This document shows positions 15,686 to 27,029 of a DNA stretch of 64,000 bases, one piece after another (the first letter of the stretch is position 1; each line of letters starts with the position of its first letter). The stretch lies in the NCBI RefSeq assembly GCF_009914755.1, contig NC_060925.1. The stretch is one strand, 5' to 3'. A program made the translations under genes and the position numbers. This DNA comes from the human T2T-CHM13v2.0 reference genome, Homo sapiens. Below the pieces are notes generated by a model, which saw only the letters and a program-made list of their open reading frames with translations, was not told the DNA's origin and did no database searches.

Positions 15686-16043
<358 letters not shown>

Positions 16044-19000
16044 TGAACTTTCTAATAGTCTAGAGTCCTCAGGCAGTTTTTTTGAATTGAATTACAAGTA
16101 CCATGACTAGAAATATTTCCTGAGTGTCTACTATGTCTGCGAAACGAAGAAATTTTAGTAAAGGGTAAGACCAGTGATGAATATTAAGGGGACTTCTGTA
16201 TAAATAGTTTAATTAATGTCCTCTAGACTTGATAGCAGTGCCTGCAGAAAGAAAATGAAGAAAGAGGGTGGTGACTAGTGGCTGGCCACGTGGTTTTAAA
16301 ATCTCTGTGAGCATTGCCAGCCCCAGCCCTATCCATGTGAAGAAAAGAAAATAAACTCAAACCTCAAAGAATGCTGAATGTCTGAAGCTTCTAAGAAAGC
16401 CTTTCTGATTAGGGATAGCAAGGGTTTGCTTAGCTGACTTACTGAAGGAAAACTCCCAGGGGTAATGATGTGTTCTCTGATGTTAAGAAGGGGAAATCTA
16501 GTCTGTAAAGATTACACATAAAATATTTCTGAAAAGTGAATAACCTGATTGAGGTTCAGCTAAAGTGAAATAAAACTATAATTTATTTTTTCATTTTCTG
16601 AGCCTTTGCACAGAAAATGAAAAGGCAGAATTGGGTTAGTGTCATCCTTTTTTGTGTTTGTTTGTTTTGGTAAAATACAGAAAAGCGGCTCTTGTTAGTA
16701 AATTCTGTCTCATAATGATTATAATTTTATGATGCAAATAAGATCTGAGACTGATTTTGTAAAGCTAACTTCAGTTTTCATTTAGAGTTGACATGTATTT
16801 AGTACATAGAATTTAGGCTTACCTAAAACATTAATGTTTCATTTTACACAGCATTAGTGCATAATAACAAGGATGGGTGACTTTGGTAGTTCTCATGCTT
16901 AGCTGGCTCTTTTCTTTTCCTGTTCTCTTCATGTTATAACTGTTTTGGGCTTAATAGCCAGTGTTTGCAGTAGTTCACTGTCCATGAGTAGAAACCAAAA
17001 ATAAAGCTTTAGATAGAACTCCTTATGGTGGCTTTGCTCCTGGTGGAATATCAACATTAGTTAACCAGTTTTAGAAAATTGTAGTTTAATTTTCTTTTGC
17101 CCTTATTAATTTGAAATGTGTTATACTCTCTTTCAGTGATGCTTATTAATAAACATTTTATTTTTTCTACATTTGTTAAATAAGCCTCATCACATAATAA
17201 GGCTAGGTGTGATTTCCTGGTAATGTAATGTAAATATGTGACTTAAAATTAGTTAGCGGTGTTGTCCTTTTAAGTAATTTTGCGGACAGTTTTAGGCGCT
17301 GGATATTTAATGCAGCTAATAAATGGAAGCAGGTTACTGTCTGAAAGACTGCAGCTGACTGTACATTGCACGTAGTGTATAAAACGTTGAGGGCTGTTGG
17401 GATATACACAGCTGAAGCATATTCCTGGAAGTTACTGCTCAGCTTTGGAAGGTTTGATAGTAATGATGCATTAACGGACTTTTTACATGACAGGGTAATA
17501 GGATACTTAGATCAAAAAAAATGACAGAGGTTTGGTAGACAATGGTTTGTGGTTTATAGGAACAAGATTAGGATGAAATTGTTTGAATCTTATTTGAAGG
17601 ATAAGGAAAAAGCAGAGGTGGGAGTAGGTTGTACGTTAGAAGTGGTTTGGATTTTTGAAAGTCATAGTCATTTATAGTTTAAGTAGAAATCTGTTGTATC
17701 TTGTTTTACTAAGAAATGAACTATTACGTAGCAAGCATTACCAGGAGCTTCACCATGCACTACACCTCTACCCTCCCAGTTCCTCCCCCACTTCATCCTA
17801 AGCTCTTTGATGTTCTTGGAAAAAGGTTTTCTAAAAATCAAAAGAAAGTTATTAATGTGGGAATCATTTGAAGTAATCTTTTCTGTTTGTTGAAAGGAAA
17901 TTTAATAGACCTTTTCTGGTTTTGTTATTTGTTTTTGTTTTGCTTTGTGAAATGCTGTTATTGAGCTTTTTGCAGTTACAGAATTTGAAGGACAAATGTT
18001 AGCTGTTATCTATGCCAGTGGTTTGGCTCCAATATGATTTAGAAGGAATGCCTTCTTGGGATTAGTGTCATGATATTTGATTATTTATTCGTTCTATTCT
18101 TAGCTGATTGTGGTTTGTTAGGTATTTCAACTTTCATTAACATTTGTTTAATGGAAGGTTGTTTAAAACTTGGGTCACAGCAGTAAAATCTTTTGATTTA
18201 GTTTCCAAATTGCACTTAAAGCTTGAGGTTTTGGAAATAATTTTATTTGATGTAAAAGCGATTGGGCACAGGTTGTAGAATGATAAAAATAAATTTGACT
18301 TTTTTTTTTACTTATTCATTACACAGGCAGATTGACTTAAGCTTTATTTTTGTAAAAGAAGCCATGATTTTATACATTCTAGAACCTGTTTCCATTTGTC
18401 AGAAACAACCACTTACATGGTCTCATAATTGAATGATATGTATTTTTAAAATTGTGTTTCACATTCTCAAACCTTCAGAATACACTGAATTTTTAGTATA
18501 TAAAAATTTTCATAAGATATTCTTTCCTGGCCAAAGACCACAATAGAGGTCTTGATTGTGTGGTTTCCTCCTCCTTTTTCCCTTCACGAACAGAGGTTTT
18601 CCTATCTTGGCAGCTGTTTCCTACAAAGCAGTCATCAGTCCCTGATTTCTTCCTTCCTCCTCCTTCCCACAAACAAGGGCTCTTTGAATAGTGGATGACT
18701 GAAGACAGACTGATCTTGGATCACTTTAAGAAAGTGGAAACGTGTGCAAGAGTTGAGCATGTGGGCAAGCTGCCTGTAGGCACTAGCTCATTCAAATCAA
18801 ACAATGAAAACTTGGACAGTAAAAATTCTTTGCTTGGAATCTAGAGTGGTCCAAAGGCTGACTTAATTTTACTTGCAGCACTTCATCCACGCGTTTACAT
18901 TATTCTGATTGCTTGATCAGATCATCGAACAGACTGTAAGAATATAAGAAATTGTTCATTGATGGCCTTTTAAATGTGACAAGCCATGAGATTATCTGAC

Positions 19001-20485
19001 TTTTTAAAATGCTTTATATAGAATAACTTTCAGGTTTAAGGCAGGCACATTGCTACAGCAGTTGTAAACTGCAGGTTCACTTTTGGTTTTGGTTACCTTT
19101 GAATAGTCTATGGGAGCTCAGAGTGAAAAATGTACAGAGCCAGCCAGCTAGTTTTGCAGGGATGCGTGCCATGTGTCTCCATCAGATTAATTTTGGATAC
19201 ATCATTCTTTTTGAGGAAGTTTGCATTTTCCTTTGTTTCTTTGGACAGATAAGCATCTGAGGTGTTCTTAAATGGCATAATACTGATGTTGGTGATGCCT
19301 CCCTCTCCCCTGTGTCTTCAGTGCTTTCAGAGAGAGAGCTAAAACTTGGGCCAATTCTGGGTCATAGAGGGATCCTTAGGGAAGCATTTACATCTCTGAA
19401 ACTGTGGGCCTGAATGATTTCAGATTAATTTCTTACATTATTTTTGTTGTGTTCTTAATAAAGCAAGATAGTACCTTTATAGGTAATAAGTGTTTCAAAC
19501 CATTTAACATCTGCCTGCTTTTCCAATCAGGTTACATTATAATGAACTGATAGTAGAATGTAGTGTACTGCTAATAGCATCCCGTGTGATAAGCTACATG
19601 AAGCATGTAGTAAATGCACAGTAGGTCAGATAATGTGCAAGAACTCAAAAGTTATCAGGAAAATTTTGTTTTCTAAATTTTCTTTATGGTTTAGTGACAG
19701 CATCGAAATGATGTAATGAGTTTGTTTTACTGAGTTATGTATGCAACCTCAGAAAGGGAGGGAAGAGTTCCCTCCCTGCTGCACTTTGTAAAACTCTTTA
19801 GTTGCAGCAGGTTAAGGATAACTGGAGAAAACTTGGTGTAAGAGTATTATGTAGAATAAAATAATAGGAAACGAACATGAAGAAACTGTAAGATGTTCCT
19901 TTAACAGAAAAGTTTGTGATTTCCTTTCCCTCAGAGGCTAAATGAGGAGGCTGGATATATTTGGGAAATGCCTTCATTTTATGTGCATTATAAGGCTAAT
20001 GTTTGCTGTGATTCCTCACACGACCTCAGAAAGAAGTAAAACACTTGGACAGAACCCAGCAAATGACCTGGTCTCATGTGATCCTAGAAGCCGAGAAATA
20101 CTAAGTCATACTCCTGAAGTTTTTGTACACTCTGCAGTTTGGAGAACTGGATCCATAGGGGCTATGAATACCTAGCAGTCAGGGAAATAAGTTTGATTTG
20201 GTGATTAGGAATGTGGCATTTTCAGAATCCCTTTGTATATGGCATTATTTTGCCATGTACAAATTTTGGCAATTTGACTGTCAAAAAGGCAGTCAACCTT
20301 TTTGGGCTTTTGACTGTTTTCAGAATGTAAGATTCAGATATCCAGTGTATAGGAGCAGCTTCCATAGTGGACATAGAATCAAAATATGTTTTATATTCAG
20401 GAGAGAGAGAGAGGAACGGAGAGAGAGAATTGTTTTGTTATGTAGAAAGACCATAGAGTAAGTGATGGATTTGTTTGTTTTTCAG

Positions 20486-20585
20486 ATATGAAGATCAATG
20501 ATGCAGACTGATGGTTTTGATGAAGCTGGGCATTTATAACTAGATTCATTAAGGAATACAAAGAAAATACTTAAAGGGATCAATA
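20486..20585 (+). other. ADGRL2: 5'UTR part (100 nt) of the ADGRL2 start-codon exon; whole exon 20486-20658
   Basis: Acceptor TTTGTTTGTTTTTCAG|ATATG ends at 20485, with a U-rich tract and a candidate branch A in GTGAT (20465). The 173-nt exon size is typical of an internal exon. Confidence 0.85.
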
Positions 20586-20658
20586 ATGGTGTCTTCTGGT
20601 TGCAGAATGCGAAGTCTGTGGTTTATCATTGTAATCAGCTTCTTACCAAATACAGAAG
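20586..20658 (+). CDS. ADGRL2: First coding exon portion of adhesion GPCR L2 (latrophilin-2): signal peptide [24 protein letters not shown] + first base of Gly25 (phase 1); CDS continues beyond the window
   Basis: The first 25 aa of ORF 20586..20771 match the human ADGRL2/LPHN2 N-terminus as I recall it ([25 protein letters not shown]|FSRAALP...). The match stops exactly at a strong donor AAG|GTAAGA (20658/20659). ATG is in strong Kozak context (ATAATGG, A-3/G+4), and the hydrophobic core [10 protein letters not shown] fits a signal peptide. Confidence 0.95.
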
Positions 20659-22970
20659 GTAAGATCCAGTTTACATTTTGTTTTTTAAATCCAGGAGAAC
20701 TTGAACTATACAATCTTCTTAATATGGAAGTGCCTAGAATATTTGTTTATTATTTTAAAAATAGGTGTTAAAATTATTTCCTGAATATTGAATTGTTTAT
20801 TAGGTGGTTGAGTTCTTTTGATAACACAGATATGATATAGAAAGTGCTAGATATGTGAATTTATATTTTACGTGCATTTATGAAATATAACCATTCTAAA
20901 TAATCCCGAGGGAACTAAATGAAAGCTCTGTTTTGGTATACATTTTACATTTATTCACTACATTTATTTTAGTAAAGTGGAAAGTATTTTGTGGAAATTT
21001 TCATCTTTAGTTACATTTGCTTAAGTGTGTGCATAATTCTAAAACTCCTAAGTTAAAATATGTAGTCTTTTATGAAAACTTACATTTTAATAATAGTTCA
21101 TCTTTTTATGTTGTTTATATCTTTAGCTGTATATGTGTGTATATGTATATTCTTTGTAATGTTAAATTTGCAGAAATATAACTATTTCTTTGTACTTAAA
21201 AATAGATGTGGAATTTTTCTTAAGCACTATTGCATTAAACATTTTTAAAATCTAGGAATAGTAATGAGTGTATTTTTCAAGACAGACCTGATTTTTAAAG
21301 AAATAAATATACTTTTGAAGCCTAATGAAATAATTGGAACCATCATTTATTAACTATATAGATTTCTGGAATCCATTGTTTTCTTAGTCTTAAATATTAT
21401 TTCCACATGAAAACAACACACATGCAGGTGTTTTTTAGAGCAGGCTAGAAGTTAATATGGAGCTAAGATGTATAAATTTTATAGCTAGTTGATAGTGGCA
21501 GTTATTGGCACGAAAATGTATTAATCTTGTAAAGTTTGTGAAGGGTATAAAATCTCTGAGAAATGCATATAAATTATAATGGATTTTAAAAAATTCCAAT
21601 TCTTGAAAAAATGTTTAAGAATTAAAAAATTGATTTTATATGTACTTTTAAGTGATCTCACTTATACCGATTATTAAAATGATAGGTGGAGAAGGGGCAT
21701 ACTGTCAACTAATAGAAGTGTATTATTCCGTTGTCTGTGTAATAAGCTTCAAAATGTTAACGTTTTAATTTTGCTGAAAGAATTTTACTTGAATTGCTTG
21801 TTCCAAAGTTATATTTTATCATGTTCTCCTTGTCCCTCCAGTCCCCTACGTTCAGTATATTGATATGATGTAATATAATTTAAATAAATAACAAATTTAG
21901 AAATACTTAAAATAAGAGTTTCTGTATTCAGAAAGTAAATAGTGTTCACTTGGATTTAAGTCACACTTGGCAGTTACAATCTTTGGGTTAATATTTTATT
22001 TTCAGATGACATTGCTCTTTGCTTTAGAATTGAAGATGCATCATATCTAACATCATATGTAATCTGTGTGAATGAATAATACTATCATAAACAGTGAACA
22101 GGAATTGTGTTTAATAATATAAATTTCTGGCTTGGATTGTTGTGAAAATCTTGTGTGTAGTCTGATGATTTTACATCTCGTTTTTGGGGAAGAAAACCTA
22201 ACTGAATTCCTGCTGTTAGGTTTGAATGTTTTTATACATTTAAAAAAGATTCCAGGTGTGGACCAATGGCTCATTAGTCCACATAATGAAAAAATTTCTA
22301 ATCAAGTTAGAGATCACTTTGCTTGCACAGTAGCTTAACTCAGTGGGGGGCTAGCAAACAGAGAGTTTTTTCATGAGATACTGCAGCTTTATTTTCAGTG
22401 TCATCTATCAGGTCAGGATTCATATCTGCTGTTAGGAGAAATTTCATTTTTGGCTCATCAGGCCAGGGGGTATTGCTTCTGAAGCACTTCCCTCCTACGG
22501 GTAAAAAGAACCTGGGACGAACCCATACTGCTAACTGCTAATTGTAAGAGTATACACAGTTAATACACACTGTTAGAACATCGATCTAGTATTGCATGGG
22601 TTTGTCTTAGAAAGTCTTACATGACATCATAGTCCTTTATTGCCAGAAAGCAGATAATGCTCTGTGAACATCTATAGAGAAAGCCAATCAACATTAGGTA
22701 AGAAGGCATAGGAAGGCAGATATGAATTTAACCTTCAGCTATTGAGTTTCTTTTGGGCCCTTACATGATTGTAACCTTTTAACATCTTACACAGTTTAGT
22801 TCTTTTTATACTTCTTTTTATACCAGTTTCTAGGTTCTTGCAGGTAAACTCAGATAAGTTTTCCTGAGTGATTTCTTCCCTTTTTCCTCATTTATTGAGT
22901 GATTAAATTGAGCTGCATGCTTAGGGTTCAAAAATACACAAGGAAAAATAATGCATAAGGCACGGTTCTT

Positions 22971-23655
22971 TTTTTGTTTATTTTATTTTTTATTTTCCCG
23001 TAAGTTATTTGGGCACAGGTGGTATTTGATTACATAAGTTCTTTAGTGGTGATTTTTGAGATTCTGGTGCACCCATCACCCGAGCAGTATACACTGCACC
23101 ATATATGTTGTCTTTTATCCCTTGTCCCACTCCTACTGTTCCCCCCAAGTCCCCAGAATCCATTGTGTTATTCTTATGCCTTTGTGTCCTCATAGCTTAG
23201 CTCCTACATATCAGTGAGAACATGGGATGTTTGGTTTTCTCTTCCTGAGTTACTTCACTTAGAATAATAGTCTCCAGTCTCATCCAGGTCACTGCAAATG
23301 CTGTTAATTCATTCCTTTTTATGGCTGAGTAGTATTCCATCATATATATATATGTATTTTTTTCATCATATATATATATTTTCCATCATATATATATATA
23401 TTTTCCATCATATATATATGTTTTCCATCATATATATATGTTTTCCATCATATATATATATTTTCCATCATATATATATATTTTCCATCATATATATATA
23501 TATTTTCCATCATATATATATGATGGAATATATATATATAATATATATATAAATACACACAACACACACATCACAGTTCCTTTATCCACTCGTTGATTGA
23601 TGGGCATTTGGGTTGGTTCCACGATTTTGCAGTTGTGCTGCTGTAACCATGCATG
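22971..23655 (-). mobile_element. L1PB-type LINE 3' end, 5'-truncated, with TSD and internal minisatellite
   Basis: 'aagttctttagtggtgat...ggtgcacccatcacccgagcagtatacactgcacc...tcacttagaataatagtctcca' matches the L1PB 3'UTR; TSD AAGGCACGGTTCTT (22957-22970) / AAGGCATGATTCTT (23656-23669). Confidence 0.88.
23333..23552. repeat. ~20-bp minisatellite [TTTTCCATCA(TA)n] x9 plus one inverted unit
   Basis: Units start near 23335, 23361, 23381, 23401, 23421, 23441, 23461, 23481 and 23503, followed by TGATGGAATA(TA)n. Confidence 0.95.
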
Positions 23656-24208
23656 AAGGCATGATTCTTACTCTTGAGAAGCTCATGGTCTTGTGCAGGG
23701 ATTGAAACCTTAAATACTTGTTGGTGCCTTGAGAACATTCGACTTGAGGTCAGACAAGAAAGTGCTTGTCAGAGGACCTGTGATTACCATTCCAGTATTT
23801 AGCTTGGTTTTTCCAGTCTTCTGACTTTCAGTAGAAATCAAACATTAGGATTTTTAAGTAATGGCAACTAATTAAGATTTTGTTTAAAAAACAAGCGTGT
23901 ATACCATAGAATAGCCATGGGTTATGCCTTTCCTTTTAGATCTTTTTTTTTCCTCCTGTTACAGTTGTATTTTACCTTGGTACATGATTTTAAAGGCTTC
24001 ACATAATTTTGGATTTGCTTTACATCGGTACATAATGAGACATACATTTCCAAATTCATAAGGACTTACTCTGTGTTCAGGCAAACATTATAAATGTCAT
24101 ATTTTGTGTACACATACAGGGGCAAATCACTAAGCATTTTTAAAGTTTGAACATGGCAAAAGCTAATTATACAAAGGTTTAATTGTTATATCTATCTATC
24201 TCTATTTT

Positions 24209-24288
24209 GAATCAAGTCTTACCCATTAAAATTTACCTGTTTGTGTAAGAATCAAGTCTTACCCATTAAAGTTTACCTGTTTCTGTAA
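24209..24288. repeat. 40-bp tandem duplication (2 copies, 2 mismatches)
   Basis: GAATCAAGTCTTACCCATTAAA(A/G)TTTACCTGTTT(G/C)TGTAA at 24209-24248 and 24249-24288. Confidence 0.95.
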
Positions 24289-25304
24289 AATAGGATTAAT
24301 ATTTTACATATTCTCTAAGCCTTTCCTACAACGTATTTTGGGGAAAATTATATTTAGAATTTCCAAATAAAAATGATTTTATACAGACCAAACTTGCAAA
24401 ATATTTTGTAAATATTTCTTATAATTGATTTTATTTCTAGAGAACTAATCTCAGATTCTTGAAAAGTCAGTTTTATCGAGAGACTGGTATGCTTTGATTC
24501 TTTTGGCCAGTTTTTATAAGCATAGTACCCACTGTGGAATCATGTATCAGTAAGTAGAAAGTAAATTGAATTTTTGTGTCCTAGAGAATTAAATTATGCT
24601 GTATAATGGAGCCTTGGCAAGCATAAGTTAGACACATGAAGGCTTGCTCAAGTGACAAGTTACAAATAATAGTACTTCTTCAGCAAATTCAGTAATGCAG
24701 ATTTCAGGTTGAATCCTTTATGCAGTGAATATGTAATTAGATTTTATTAGTCAAAATTTTACTTAATTACCTCAAATTATATTGTTGCTTATCCTTATTT
24801 CAAAGAAAAATGTTCTGCCAGGTATAAATATGAGACATGCCAGAAACAGCTTTATGTATTTATTTTATATAAATCAAGAAAATATAACAGTTGTAGAAAT
24901 AGTTTCTTGCCAGTTTTTACTGTACTTTTAAGTTCCCTAAGTACATTTTATAATGACTTGAGTTAATGTTCTCTCTCTAAAAAGTGTGTGTCTGTAGGGT
25001 CTTTTCAGTATTTGGGTAGAAGAAAAAAAGGCAGATTTAGGGGTTAAATATGAAATAGTGAAAACTGTTTCTGGCATATAGATATTTCCTTCAGAATGGT
25101 CTGAATTTGGTGGAATGATTAGTAACTTTATTCTCCAAGGTTAAATTTAAGAAAGATTAATGTAATTCAGACTACTGTGTTCATTCCTCCTTTTTTCTTT
25201 CATTCTTTGATTTACACACGCATATAACAAAATCTGTACATATATACACATATTTGTGTATATATGTGCACGCGCATACACGTGCACACACACACAACAT
25301 GCAG

Positions 25305-25425
25305 TATGCTAGTTTCATAAGGGCAGGGATGTTTTGTTGTTGTTCACTGATGTCTTCAAGTGCCTGAACAATGCCTGGCTTATACTAAGCACTCAATCCA
25401 TAGCTGTCACATAAATAGAATAAAT
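25305..25425 (+). mobile_element. L2 LINE 3' end
   Basis: 'gggcagggat...ttgttcactgatgtc...gtgcctgaacaatgcctggc...gcactcaat'. Confidence 0.6.
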
Positions 25426-25589
25426 CTTTGAAGAGGTTCATAGTCTGTATAATGAGGGAAAAGACAATGAGCAGTTGTAATAAGAGTGTGATAAGTGCCA
25501 TAATAATGATATTCACAGAGGCATTGGGATGAGCGATAGTTGGATGGTTGCATGTGTGTTAGGAAATTCTTGTAGTTGGAAGTGATGAT

Positions 25590-25705
25590 ACAGCAGAATC
25601 ACCTGGAAGATCTGCCGTGGGGCCCAAGCATTAGTTAACATTGCTGACAAATTGCAGGGTGATGCTGATGGTGTTGCTCAGCATCACACTATAAGAGCCA
25701 CTGCG
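25590..25705. mobile_element. MER5-like DNA transposon fragment
   Basis: 'agaatcacctggaa...ggggcccaag...ggtgatgctgatg...cacactataagagccactg'. Confidence 0.5.
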
Positions 25706-25947
25706 TATTCTATGTGCTTAGGGGTGGTTGTGGTGAGGGTAGGGGTGCATGGGTGTAGACATGGTACAACTTTTTCAAAAGTATTTTTGGAAAAAATGAT
25801 GAGATGATTGATCATGATTCAGAAGTTAGTATCCAGTTGTTTCTTGGGAGTTAGTATCTGTTTCTTTGCAGATTGTTCTTTATTCCCCTGATTAGGCTTC
25901 TTGGGAATAATTTTAGTCTTCAGAAAAGGATTTTTTTTTTCTTTTAG

Positions 25948-26254
<307 letters not shown>

Positions 26255-26711
26255 TTTTTTGCTCTTTTCAAGAGTATACTCAGAAAAAAATTTTGAAAAA
26301 TTTACACCAAATTGGAAAAAAACGTATTTTTCCTCTTAGGGATAAATGCTCTGTTTAGTAGAGCTCTTAAAACTCTTGTTTCAATTTGTCTCTTTCACTC
26401 TAATACCCTGGTTCTTTTCTTGTTGAGAATAACTACATGGCCAATGCTGTGATAACACTGAATTGACTTACTGTGGGGATTTCAGATTTCCCAATCTAAC
26501 AAAATTAACTACTTTTGTTCATTTCAGTATATTTGATTAGTTGAAGTCTAGGAGGTAAATTTTTAGCAAGGTACTTGGGGATTTGGCTGTAAACCTAATG
26601 GGAGTCACAACTCCCATTAAATTAATAGGAATTGTGTATTTGTGCCTGCTGCATAGCAAATGTAACTTTATTTTCTAAATTCACAAATTATGTAAATTAA
26701 CACCCAGCTAA

Positions 26712-27029
<318 letters not shown>

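Noticed and set aside
19942-20461. ORFs 19942..20175 and 20198..20461 upstream of the start exon as extra coding exons
   Set aside because: No resemblance to latrophilin; they lie in intron before the acceptor, and lengths are within chance expectation.
20659-20771. Remaining 36 codons of the 61-aa ORF 20586..20771
   Set aside because: Read-through past the strong AAG|GTAAGA donor into intron; similarity to ADGRL2 ends at the splice site, and nothing supports a retained-intron product.
23298-23552. Repetitive Ile/Tyr/His ORF; array superficially CRISPR-like
   Set aside because: Minisatellite translation. The units have no unique spacers, there are no cas genes, and the DNA is primate.
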